Source of the DNA: an uncultured Verrucomicrobiae bacterium
GTDB lineage: Bacteria; Verrucomicrobiota; Verrucomicrobiia; Chthoniobacterales; Chthoniobacteraceae
Reading direction: 5' to 3'
Assembly (NCBI GenBank): GCA_963769025.1
Contig: CAVYKI010000006.1
Span: 448,001 to 512,000 of the forward strand
DNA: 64,000 nt
How positions within the stretch are numbered: position 1 is the first letter of the stretch; every line of letters starts with the position of its first letter. The notes under the pieces are model-generated. The model did no database searches and had not been told where the DNA came from. It worked only from the letters and a program-made list of their open reading frames with translations. The position numbers and the translations under genes are program-made. Below, piece after piece: positions 21,087 to 30,079 of this stretch.

Positions 21087-21141
21087 CGCGCGTTCGCCGA
21101 ACGCGCCCTGATCTGGGACGGCTCGGCGAGCCGTCCCTACC
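21082..21141. repeat. GTAG-type REP doublet (two inverted palindromic units)
   Basis: GGTAGCGCGCGTTCGCCGAACGCGC...GGGACGGCTCGGCGAGCCGTCCCTACC; each half is a hairpin with a terminal GTAG/CTAC. Confidence 0.7.
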
Positions 21142-21178
21142 CTTTTCAAGACGCAGGATTTCATGCATGCACGCTGCG

Positions 21179-21544
21179 ATGCGTCTCGATCAATGGCTCT
21201 GGGCTGTCCGTGTCTTCAAGACGCGCTCGCTTGCGGCTGAGGCGATCAAGGGCGGGCACGTGCGCATCAACGGCGAGCCGTGCAAGCCCGCGCGCGAGGT
21301 GCGCGCCGGCGACACGGTGGTCGCGAGGGTGGGAATCATGACGCGCACCGTGCGCTACGTCGCCGACCCGCCGTCGCGCGTGGGTGCGAAGCTCGTGCCG
21401 CAATTCGCCGAGGACCGCACGCCGCCCGAGGAATACGCCCGCCGGCCCGAGCCGAACCTGCTGCCGCCGATGTTCCGTCCGCAAGGAAGCGGCCGACCGA
21501 CGAAACGGGATCGCCGCAAGACGGACAGGCTGGGCGAGGGATGA
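21179..21544 (+). CDS. hslR: S4 RNA-binding protein, Hsp15-like
   Basis: MRLDQWLWAVRVFKTRSLA..GGHVRING..KPAREV; GRPTKRDRR. Confidence 0.9.
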   Translation: MRLDQWLWAVRVFKTRSLAAEAIKGGHVRINGEPCKPAREVRAGDTVVARVGIMTRTVRYVADPPSRVGAKLVPQFAEDRTPPEEYARRPEPNLLPPMFRPQGSGRPTKRDRRKTDRLGEG

Positions 21545-21608
21545 CTTTGCCCACGCGGCAGCGCTGATGCGATTTTCCAAACAACCCGCATCCGTCGCCG
21601 ACGGCGGA

Positions 21609-22133
21609 CTACAGCGAGGCGAGGAGGCCTTCGCAGTCGTACTCGGCGTTCGTCGATCCAAATTTCGGATAGATGAACCGGCTCGCGGGAACGTTCTCCT
21701 TTGAGATGCCATGCGCCACGGGGAGGCCGGCGGTCTTCAGGTGCTCGAGGGATTCGTAGAGGAGCGTGGTGCCGATTCCGCGGCTGCGATATTCCGCGAG
21801 CACGCATGGGCCCGAGATGAGATGGCTGGGCGCGTCCTCGTTCACGTTCAGCGCGGACGCGGCGATGATGCGCGTGCCGTGCGTGAGCACAAGGCAGGGG
21901 ACGGCGCGTTGCGCAAAGCTGGCGGCGAGCTGCGCCTCGATGAATTCGCGGACGAAGCGGATGGAATCACCCCATGCGGAATCGAGGCCGAATGCGGTGA
22001 AGATGACCTGATGAATGGTCTTTTCCTCATCACGGGAGGCGGCACGGATATTAAAGGCGGAGGGAAGGCGCGATTCAAACGCAGGGAGTTTCGTAAGGTC
22101 CCAGGCGAATCGCTTCCAGCGAACGAGCTTCAT
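21609..22133 (-). CDS. GNAT family N-acetyltransferase
   Basis: CVLAEYRSRGIGTTLL acetyl-CoA-binding motif A. Confidence 0.8.
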   Translation of the reverse strand: MKLVRWKRFAWDLTKLPAFESRLPSAFNIRAASRDEEKTIHQVIFTAFGLDSAWGDSIRFVREFIEAQLAASFAQRAVPCLVLTHGTRIIAASALNVNEDAPSHLISGPCVLAEYRSRGIGTTLLYESLEHLKTAGLPVAHGISKENVPASRFIYPKFGSTNAEYDCEGLLASL

Positions 22134-22539
22134 GCGGGGAGAATACGGGGAGGCACCGGGGAATGCAATCGTCGTGTGCTGATTTTGCTCCTGTGCCACG
22201 CGCAATTCCGCCTGCGAAGCATGGCAAACGAGGAAGAACGGACGCGTTTCTCGCACACTGGCGGTCGTACTCTGCGAGCGGATGCGGCTTCTCGAAATGA
22301 GCGCACGATGTCTGAGTTTTTGCGGGAGTTTCCGCGCGGAAAAAAGATCATGCCGCTCATTTCTTTCACGTGTATCGGCGGCTCTTGCTCCCCATTCCCG
22401 ATCCCTGTGCACTTCGACGCCGAGGGGTCCCTGCACGAACGCTACGAGGAGGAAGGGCGGCTGTCCGTCTTCTCCCTGCGAGCGCGTCCATTGCATTTTT
22501 TTCGTCAAACTGGACGTGCCGGAAAGGTTGTCGAATGGC

Positions 22540-22566
22540 TTGACGGATGGGTAGTTTTGGTAATCT
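22540..22566 (+). promoter_or_regulatory. Putative sigma70-like promoter (extended -10)
   Basis: TTGACG-N15-TAATCT with TG-N before the -10, in an AT-rich patch ending about 23 bp before ATG 22590; the spacer is shorter than optimal. Confidence 0.35.
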
Positions 22567-22589
22567 TTAGAAAAACAACAGAAACAACC

Positions 22590-23027
22590 ATGAAAAACAC
22601 ACTCTCCCTCATCGTCTCACTCGCGTTCGTTGGCAGTGCCTCCGCCGGCGAGACGGTCGTCACCTCAAGCAAGACATACCATCGTTCCGAATACGCCCGC
22701 TGCAGTGCCCATGCGTATGGTTTCTTTGGGTGGAAGGAAGCCGGGACACCTGGCACGTACTATCGGTCCAACTGCGGCCGCAATGCCATCCTCCTCGTCA
22801 ACAACACGCCGGAGTTTATGACATTTTTTGTCTATTCCGGCGATTTGTGTTCGCCGAACGATATCAATGCGATGATTTCGGACGGCGCGCATGTTTACGA
22901 AACCGTCGTGCCTCCATACACGCGGAGCTTCAGCAACCAGCGCGCGAAGCACTACTGGGTCGGAACGAAGCCGGGCAAATGGGGCATCGATCTCGCGAAG
23001 AATCGGGTGGCGCCGTTGCCTTTTTAG
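22590..23027 (+). CDS. Secreted hypothetical protein (145 aa)
   Basis: MKNTLSLIVSLAFVGSASA signal peptide; A-rich leader; no recognisable domain. Confidence 0.7.
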   Translation: MKNTLSLIVSLAFVGSASAGETVVTSSKTYHRSEYARCSAHAYGFFGWKEAGTPGTYYRSNCGRNAILLVNNTPEFMTFFVYSGDLCSPNDINAMISDGAHVYETVVPPYTRSFSNQRAKHYWVGTKPGKWGIDLAKNRVAPLPF

Positions 23028-23213
23028 GCAGCGACCGCGGTGGCGATGGACGCGGCCTGAAGCTGCAGTCCAGCGTCGAAATGATCGGACCGGCATCGGC
23101 CGTGCGCACGCGTTGCACAGTCGATGTTCGGACGTAAAATGCTCGATGCATCCCAAAGATTCAGTGTCATTTTGCCGCTGAAAAGGTATGCAGTTCCCGC
23201 ATCCATCGACGCC

Positions 23214-23666
23214 ATGAAAACCTCGCTCATCGCCCTGTTCGCTTTCACGGTTGCCGCCTTCGCTGAGCCTCCGCAGAAGGAGCGGACGCTGGTCGGCAAG
23301 GATGCCACTTTGCGGGATGGTTCCGGCCGGCTCACGGGAGCCGCAAGAGCTTCGGGCAACAACACCACTTTCCGCGACGGCAGCGGACGAATCACCGGGA
23401 CCGCTAACGGAACGCCCGGCGGCAACCAGACCTTTCGCGACGGCTCGGGACGTGTCACAGGGACGGCCTCGCCTTCCGGGAGCAAAACGACCTATCGCGA
23501 CGGGTCGGGGAGGGTTGCCGGGACTGCGTCCACCGCCACGACCGGAACGACCACGTACCGCGATGGCAGCGGACGGATGACCGGCACGAGCAGCATCTCC
23601 GGCGACACCATCACGTACCGTGACGCATCCGGCCGCGTCACCGGGACGGCGCGGGTGAAAAAATAG
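23214..23666 (+). CDS. Secreted repeat protein with 6 copies of T[LFY]RD[GA]SGRx[TA]G
   Basis: Signal MKTSLIALFAFTVAAFA followed by six ~20-aa repeats. Confidence 0.8.
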   Translation: MKTSLIALFAFTVAAFAEPPQKERTLVGKDATLRDGSGRLTGAARASGNNTTFRDGSGRITGTANGTPGGNQTFRDGSGRVTGTASPSGSKTTYRDGSGRVAGTASTATTGTTTYRDGSGRMTGTSSISGDTITYRDASGRVTGTARVKK

Positions 23667-23685
23667 TCGCGCGCGGCGGGAACCG

Positions 23686-24066
23686 CTATGCCTTCCGGGG
23701 AATCTCGGCACCGAACGTGATCCGGTTGCCGTCCGGATCGCAGCAGGAAAAATCGCGCATCGCATAGAGGCGATCCGCGAGGGGATGGAGTTGCAGCGCG
23801 CCGCGCTTGGCGAAATCGGCATAGAGCGCGTCGATGTCGCCCTTGACCCACACGTAGCACTCGGCGTTTCCGACGGTATGCCCGCGCGCGTAGACAGGAG
23901 AATCGAGATGCAACTCCACGGTGTCGCGTTCCACGATGGCGTAGGCATTGTCCGGGCTCACGACTTTTACCGTGAACCCGAGGACGTCGCGGTAGTAGGT
24001 GACCGCGCGCGAAACGCTGGAGCAGGGAAGGACCGGATAGGCCGCGAAGAACGTGGGAGAACTCAT
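23686..24066 (-). CDS. VOC/glyoxalase-bleomycin resistance family protein
   Basis: YYRDVLGF, DIDALYA, YAMRDFSCCDPDGNRITF. Confidence 0.88.
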   Translation of the reverse strand: MSSPTFFAAYPVLPCSSVSRAVTYYRDVLGFTVKVVSPDNAYAIVERDTVELHLDSPVYARGHTVGNAECYVWVKGDIDALYADFAKRGALQLHPLADRLYAMRDFSCCDPDGNRITFGAEIPRKA

Positions 24067-24163
24067 GCATACATCCTACGGGGAGAGCCCGGTTTGGAGC
24101 AAGGTCGCCCTCGGCGGAAGTCGGACGGTTTTCCGGTGCCCGAGATGCCTGCCGGCGATGGCT

Positions 24164-24910
24164 TCAGCGCTTCTTCGCGCGCCCGGGGCCGATGATGCTG
24201 AAGAACACCAGCAACACCACCAGTCCGCCGCCTGCGTACCAATACATGCGAGCGCGCGAATTGCCGCTGTCGGACGATTCCTCGGCCACCTCCGCGGGCT
24301 TGTCGCCGGACTTGTCGTCCGTCGGCGACGCCGGAGCCGGAGCCGGCGGCATTCTCTTGCCCGCATCTTGCGCCCCCGCGGATGCCGGAGCCACCGCGAC
24401 GATTGGGGCGGGGATGACGCGGAAGCTTCGCGCCGCCTGCTGGAGTTCGAGATCCTGCGAAGCCTCCTGCCCGCCGCCACGCAGCATCGTGATTCCGAAA
24501 ACGTAACCGCCCGCTGACGTAAAACGGATGACGCCCTTCACCTGCTGCGCGCCCGTGCCGGCGATCACGGGGTATTGCAGCCAGTCGAGGCCGCCCTCCT
24601 TCACGGTCGAATGTCCGATGAACTGATAGCCAAACTGCCGCAGCATCGCCTCGAGTTCCTTCTGAATCGCCGGATCCGCCAGGTTCGCATCCCGGTATTT
24701 TTCGACGACGTTGATCCCGAAAACCGCCTGTTTGGCCGGGTGCTGCATCGCGAGCACGATCGCGAGCCCCGGAGGCGACGGCGCCTCGATGATCTGCCAG
24801 CCGGTGCTGTCCGGGATATTTGCTGAGCAATGGAAAAGCTCGGATTTCCACTCGCGCGCTGGGGCGGAGACGGCGAGGCAGAGGATCAGGAGGGCGATGG
24901 CGGTGCGCAT
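24164..24910 (-). CDS. Exported, C-terminally membrane-anchored hypothetical protein
   Basis: Signal peptide, globular domain, Pro/Ala/acidic linker, C-terminal TM and basic tail. Confidence 0.75.
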   Translation of the reverse strand: MRTAIALLILCLAVSAPAREWKSELFHCSANIPDSTGWQIIEAPSPPGLAIVLAMQHPAKQAVFGINVVEKYRDANLADPAIQKELEAMLRQFGYQFIGHSTVKEGGLDWLQYPVIAGTGAQQVKGVIRFTSAGGYVFGITMLRGGGQEASQDLELQQAARSFRVIPAPIVAVAPASAGAQDAGKRMPPAPAPASPTDDKSGDKPAEVAEESSDSGNSRARMYWYAGGGLVVLLVFFSIIGPGRAKKR

Positions 24911-24943
24911 GATTTTGGGAGTGAAGCGTCTGGCGGGCGTGGC

Positions 24944-25612
24944 TCAGGCCGGGGGTTCCGTGCCGTGGCGCGTGCGGAACATGGTCACGCCAAAGGCGCA
25001 GAGCAACAACGCCGCCGCACTCCCAGCGCTGAACATTGCGATCCGGTACGATGTCGCCGACGGGCCGGTCGGACGATCGATGATGGCTGCAGACTGTTCG
25101 ATGAAGCGGAACGTCTCCATCACCCGCATGAAGTCTGGATCCTCGGCGCGGTCCGCCTCACCCTTGCCGTAGGCGGTGATGAGATACAGGCTGCGTGCGC
25201 GCGGTGTGACGCGCGTGACGCCGATCAGCTTCCCGGCGACGACGTCGCGGCGCTGGGTGATGTATTGGAGGAAGGGCAGGTTCTTCCAGATCAGCTGCGA
25301 CGAGCTCTCGATGGTCCAACCTTGCATCTCGATCAGTTCCCGGATGCGTTTCACCACGGCGGGGTTCCGGATGTCGTTGGAGGGAAGGTCGGGCACGTGG
25401 GTGATCATGATGCCCTGGCTCGAGACCATCGAGGTCGCGTGAAAGATCACCTCGCCACTGGGCAGCGGCTGCCGCAGCGCCGCGGTCCACGACTCCTGGG
25501 TGGGGATGGTCAGCGCGCAGCGGAATTGCTCGGAAATCCATTCGTCCGCGGTGGCGCAGGGGAGGCCGGCGGCGAGGGACAGCAGGAGCGTGCAGAGGAG
25601 GCGGGGTTTCAA
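24944..25612 (-). CDS. Exported, C-terminally anchored hypothetical protein (paralog of neighbour)
   Basis: EWISEQFRCALTIPTQESW aligns with EWKSELFHCSANIPDSTGW; LQY motif in both; C-terminal TM. Confidence 0.72.
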   Translation of the reverse strand: MKPRLLCTLLLSLAAGLPCATADEWISEQFRCALTIPTQESWTAALRQPLPSGEVIFHATSMVSSQGIMITHVPDLPSNDIRNPAVVKRIRELIEMQGWTIESSSQLIWKNLPFLQYITQRRDVVAGKLIGVTRVTPRARSLYLITAYGKGEADRAEDPDFMRVMETFRFIEQSAAIIDRPTGPSATSYRIAMFSAGSAAALLLCAFGVTMFRTRHGTEPPA

Positions 25613-25705
25613 ATCGGCGGCAGCAAATCACACCCGCGCGCGGTTGGCGAGGGCCGGGCGCAAAAGTCCTCGCGTCCCGTGTTGGATTCGCGGCAGTGTG
25701 GGCGG

Positions 25706-27010
25706 ATGCGAATTTCTGATGTCGCCGTTCATCGCATTGCCATCGCAGACCCGCCGCTCCGCAGCAGCTACGGGCTGCACCAGCCGTATGCCTTGCGCAC
25801 GATCCTCGAATTGAAAACCGAGGACGGTCTCACCGGCATCGCGGAGACGTATGGCGGCGAGGCCCCGGCGGATGCGCTCGAAAAACTCCGGCCCCGTCTC
25901 ATCGGCGCAAATCCCTTCCGTCTCACAGGTGCGCTCGTGGACATGGTCGAGGGTCAGGGCTCGGGCGACGCGCGTTCGCAGACGATGCTCGTGCCCGGCG
26001 AAAATCCGCTCGACGCGACGGCGCGCACGTATTCCGCCGTGGAGACGGCGTGCTTCGATCTCATCGGCAAGGCCGTCGGCGAACCGGTGTGCGACCTCAT
26101 CGGCGGGCGTGTGCGCGACGCGGTGCCCTTCAGCGCGTATCCATTTTACAAGCACGCGGGCGGCGGCGGGGAAGGGGACGATTTGCGCGAGGACGAATAC
26201 GGCGAGGCGCTCACGCCCGGCGGAATCGTCGCGCAGGTGCGCCAGATGATCGCGAAGTACGGATTCAAGGACATCAAGTTCAAGACCGGCGTGCTCGACC
26301 CGGACATCGAGATCGAGACGGTGCGGGAACTCCGGAAGGAATTCGGCCTGCCCGTGCGCATGGACCCGAATTGTGCGTGGAGTGTCGAGACGAGCATCCG
26401 CGTCGGGAAGGCGCTGCGCGAGGAATTGGGCGCGGCGACCGGCGGATATCTTGAGGATCCGACCGCGGGCATTGCCGGCATGGCCGCCGTGCGCCGCGCG
26501 CTGCTGGCCGCGGGCTGCGAAGTGCCGCTCGCGAGCAACGTCGCCGTGACGTGCTTCAACGATCTGCCGGAGTCGATCCGCGAGGACGCGGTGCAGATCG
26601 TACTTTGCGATCATCACTACTGGGGCGGAATGCGCCAGGTGCAGCATCTTGCGAAGATCTGTGCGACATGGGGCATGGGCCTCTCGATGCACTCGAACTC
26701 GCACCTCGGCATCTCGCTCATGGCGATGGCGCACGTCGCCGCTGCGACGCCGCACCTTTCGTACGCGTGCGACACGCATTACCCGTGGAGCCAGGCAAAG
26801 GACGAGGTGGTCGTCGGCGGGCGGATCCAATTCGTGAATGGCTCGGTGCCCATCCCGAACAAGCCCGGGCTCGGCGTCGAACTCGACTACGACCAGCTCG
26901 CCCGCGGACGTGAACGCTACGCGAAGTGCCCGTACCGCAAGCGGGACGACGAGGCGGAAATGCGCAAACACGTGGACCCGAATTGGCGCCGGCTCCTGCC
27001 GCGCTGGTGA
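25706..27010 (+). CDS. Glucarate dehydratase-family enolase superfamily protein
   Basis: GEPVCDLIGGRVRDAVPFSAY, GFKDIKFKTGV, RMDPNCAW, YLEDP, SMHSNSHLGISL, ACDTHYPW. Confidence 0.88.
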   Translation: MRISDVAVHRIAIADPPLRSSYGLHQPYALRTILELKTEDGLTGIAETYGGEAPADALEKLRPRLIGANPFRLTGALVDMVEGQGSGDARSQTMLVPGENPLDATARTYSAVETACFDLIGKAVGEPVCDLIGGRVRDAVPFSAYPFYKHAGGGGEGDDLREDEYGEALTPGGIVAQVRQMIAKYGFKDIKFKTGVLDPDIEIETVRELRKEFGLPVRMDPNCAWSVETSIRVGKALREELGAATGGYLEDPTAGIAGMAAVRRALLAAGCEVPLASNVAVTCFNDLPESIREDAVQIVLCDHHYWGGMRQVQHLAKICATWGMGLSMHSNSHLGISLMAMAHVAAATPHLSYACDTHYPWSQAKDEVVVGGRIQFVNGSVPIPNKPGLGVELDYDQLARGRERYAKCPYRKRDDEAEMRKHVDPNWRRLLPRW

Positions 27011-28044
27011 TGCATTTTCCGGGAAAAAATCTGGCGGGACTTGCTGCCTCGGCGCTCCTGCTCGCCGTCGCCGGCTGCTCGGTGCACTCGATCCCGATCA
27101 CGAAGGATTCGGAGGCGCTGCTCAAGGAACGCGCGATCTCCGGCGAGAAGCTGGGCTTCCAAGTCATGCCCGACGGAACGCGTTATCGCCTCCAGCTTTT
27201 CCGCGCGAAGCTTCCGGAACATCCGATCGAAGTGCCGATGGACCGCGGCATCGCCGGTCTGCCGACCATCCGCGTGACCTTGAACCGCACGAAGACCGTC
27301 CGTTTCGTCGCGGACACGGGCGCGCAGCTCAGCGTCGTCGAGGCGGACCTCGCCATCGCGGTGAAGGCCGACGTGTATGCTCCGGTGGATGGCACCCTCC
27401 GTGTCGAGGGCATCGGCGGCGAGGAGCGCGCGTGGCTGGCCCGCTTCGACAGCGCGCAGCTCGGACCGATCGTGTTTTCCGATCTCGTCACCGTCCTCCG
27501 GCGCGAGCAATCGGCGCTGCGATTTGGCGGCATCCGGGTGGGTGGATTCGATGTCAACCTCCTCGGCGCGCCCGTGCTCTCGTCGTTTTCGTTTGTGACG
27601 TTCGACTACCGTGCGAACCGGATGATGTTGTCCGGCTCCACGGCTTTCGTGCCGTCGCGGGGCGCAGTGCGTGTCCCGATGCAAATGCGCGACTCGATGC
27701 CATACGTGCCCGTGCAAATCCGCGGGCGCACCTACCAGGCGCTCGTGGACACAGGCGCACGCGATCAGGTTTTCCTGAACGAGAAGGTCGTCCGCGAGCT
27801 CTCGCTCGAATCCCAGGCTGCCGCGGGAGGAACCTTCAAGGCCGCGGGGCTCGGCGGGATGATCCGCGGGCGGACGTTTCGCCTCCCGGTCATCTACCTC
27901 GGGCAGATGCCCGTCCCGGATGTCGTCGTGGACAGCAGCAATGGCCCGTGGAGCGTGCGCATCGGCTCCGAACTCCTCGAACGCTGGCGCACCACCTTCG
28001 ATTTTCGCAACCGCGCGCTCTGGCTGGAAATGCCGGCGCTTTGA
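27010..28044 (+). CDS. Lipoprotein with two retropepsin-like aspartyl protease domains
   Basis: VAGC lipobox; FVADTGA and ALVDTGA catalytic motifs; TGATG overlap with the upstream gene. Confidence 0.85.
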   Translation: MHFPGKNLAGLAASALLLAVAGCSVHSIPITKDSEALLKERAISGEKLGFQVMPDGTRYRLQLFRAKLPEHPIEVPMDRGIAGLPTIRVTLNRTKTVRFVADTGAQLSVVEADLAIAVKADVYAPVDGTLRVEGIGGEERAWLARFDSAQLGPIVFSDLVTVLRREQSALRFGGIRVGGFDVNLLGAPVLSSFSFVTFDYRANRMMLSGSTAFVPSRGAVRVPMQMRDSMPYVPVQIRGRTYQALVDTGARDQVFLNEKVVRELSLESQAAAGGTFKAAGLGGMIRGRTFRLPVIYLGQMPVPDVVVDSSNGPWSVRIGSELLERWRTTFDFRNRALWLEMPAL

Positions 28045-28063
28045 CTCCACCATCCGCACCCAA

Positions 28064-28984
28064 ATGCCACTCACACCCGCACAGCTCCGCGCCCGCCTCG
28101 GCGGCGTCATCGCGTTTCCCGTCACACCGTTCAAAAAGAACCTCGCGCTCGATCTCCCCGGCCTGCGCAAGAATCTCCGCAAGCTCGTCGGCCAGCAGGT
28201 CTGCGCGATCGTCGCCGGCGCCGGCACGGGCGAATTGCATTCCCTCTCACCCGCCGAACATCTCGCCGTGGTGAAGGCCACGTTGGAGGAGGTGAAGGGA
28301 CGCCATCCCGTGCTCGCGGGCGTCGGCTTCAGCCCGCAGACCGCCGTGGAGATGACGCGTGAATGCACCGCCGCAGGCGCGGACGGCATCCTCATTTTCC
28401 CGCCGTACTATCCCGGCGACGCGAACGACGAGGGCATGTTCGCCTACTACCGCAACGTCGCCGCTGCGACAAAGCGCGGCGTCCTCATCTACAGCCGCGA
28501 CCACGCGAACTTTTCACCCGCCGCCGTCGCGCGCCTCGCGACGATTCCGAATTTCATCGCGTTCAAGGACGGCCAGGGCGACATCCGGAAGTTCCAGCAA
28601 ATCATCGCGCGGGTCGGCTCGCGCCTGCACTGGATCGGTGGGGCCGGGGATGACTGCGTGCCTGCCTACTACAGCCTCGGCGTGCGCACCTACACGAGCA
28701 GCATTGCCAACGTTGCCCCGCGGCTGTCGCATCGTCTCCACGAGCTCGCCTCCACCCGCACCGACGCGGCCGACGCCGAACTCGCGAAGCTCATGCGCGA
28801 ACTTGTCACTCCGCTTTACGCCTTCCGCGGGCGGAAAAAAGGCTACGAGGTCAGCGTGATGAAAACGATGATGGACCTCACCGGCCAGGTCGGCGGCAGC
28901 GTCCGCCCGCCGCTCAACGATCTCCTTCCCGCCGAGGTGAAGGAATGGCGCTCGGTGATCAAGGCGTGGCGCAAGTGGCTGTAG
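28064..28984 (+). CDS. kdgD: 5-dehydro-4-deoxyglucarate dehydratase (DapA family)
   Basis: AFPVTPF, GAGTGEL, FPPYY, IYSRD, FKDGQGD, KKGYEVSVMK. Confidence 0.82.
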   Translation: MPLTPAQLRARLGGVIAFPVTPFKKNLALDLPGLRKNLRKLVGQQVCAIVAGAGTGELHSLSPAEHLAVVKATLEEVKGRHPVLAGVGFSPQTAVEMTRECTAAGADGILIFPPYYPGDANDEGMFAYYRNVAAATKRGVLIYSRDHANFSPAAVARLATIPNFIAFKDGQGDIRKFQQIIARVGSRLHWIGGAGDDCVPAYYSLGVRTYTSSIANVAPRLSHRLHELASTRTDAADAELAKLMRELVTPLYAFRGRKKGYEVSVMKTMMDLTGQVGGSVRPPLNDLLPAEVKEWRSVIKAWRKWL

Positions 28985-28997
28985 CCTGCCTCCCCGC

Positions 28998-29996
28998 TTA
29001 CGCCGCCAGTTCCGCGAAGAAGAGGCGGCCCGCACTGGTCTGCCGCACGGTGCTGATCGCGACGCGCACGCTTTTCCCGACCTGTGCGCGGCTGTGGTTG
29101 ACGACAATCATCGTTCCATCCGGGAGATAGCCGACCGCCTGATGCGACTCTCGTCCTTCCTTGGAGAGGGTGAGCGTGATTTCATCGCCGGCTGCGACGA
29201 CGGGCCGGAGGGCCTTGTTGAGGTCGTTCAGATTCAGCGCGGCGATTCCCTGGAGGCGCGCGATGCTGCAAAGGTTGCCGTCGTTCGAGAGTACCCGCGC
29301 ATTCAGGATTTTCGCGAGCTGGATGAGCTTGGAATCCACCGCCGCAAACGGATCCACCGGCACCTCATGGATGGTCACGTTCAATGCCGGATCGCGCTGG
29401 AGATCCTGCAGCCGCGCGAGGGCGAGCCGGCCCTTTTCGCGCCGCGCAGGATCGTGCGAATCCGCAAGCGTCTGCAATTCCTCAAGGATGAAACGAGGGA
29501 TGACGAGCGACCTGGAAATGAAGCCCGTCGCGACCAGTTCCGCGAGCCGGCCGTCGATGATGATATTGGAATCCACGAGCACCGGCGCATCGCTGGCATT
29601 CTGTTCCCGGAACCGGATGTAGGGGATGATGAGCGCGAATTCGTCCCGGTTGCTCCGCATCGCGAGCATCATGCCCACATAGCCAAACGTCGCATAGACC
29701 GTGAGGCCGATGAGCCACTGCGCATCCGCTGGCGTCCGCAGGAGCAACCCGGACGCGAGCAGCAGCCGCGATGCGATGAAGCCGAGGAGCAGGCCAAAGG
29801 TGGCGGATGAAAACATCCGCAGCGAGAAGCCCTTGAGCAGGCGGTCGGAGAGGACCACTGCGAGGCCAAATGCCACGCCTGCGCAGACCCCGACGGTCGG
29901 AATCTCCCAAAAGCTGTAGCCGATTTCCGAGCCGATGAATCCGGTGAATGCGACAAAGAGCAGGCGCAGAAGCGCGATGGTGGGACCGGAATTCAT
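28998..29996 (-). CDS. PIN/TRAM domain membrane protein (YacL-like)
   Basis: N-terminal TMs; VDSNIIIDGR, ELQTLADS, GYLPDGTMIVV, QTSAGRLFFA. Confidence 0.9.
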   Translation of the reverse strand: MNSGPTIALLRLLFVAFTGFIGSEIGYSFWEIPTVGVCAGVAFGLAVVLSDRLLKGFSLRMFSSATFGLLLGFIASRLLLASGLLLRTPADAQWLIGLTVYATFGYVGMMLAMRSNRDEFALIIPYIRFREQNASDAPVLVDSNIIIDGRLAELVATGFISRSLVIPRFILEELQTLADSHDPARREKGRLALARLQDLQRDPALNVTIHEVPVDPFAAVDSKLIQLAKILNARVLSNDGNLCSIARLQGIAALNLNDLNKALRPVVAAGDEITLTLSKEGRESHQAVGYLPDGTMIVVNHSRAQVGKSVRVAISTVRQTSAGRLFFAELAA

Positions 29997-30079
29997 GGGA
30001 CTCTGTCCCTCCTGCGATAGCAGACCTCGCGCCATCGGGGTGCTCGCATCCGGCCCGCCCGCCACGCTCGCCGTAACGG

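Noticed and set aside
22130..22500. Small ORFs between the GNAT gene and the orphan secreted gene
   Set aside because: No motif, RBS or convincing codon bias.
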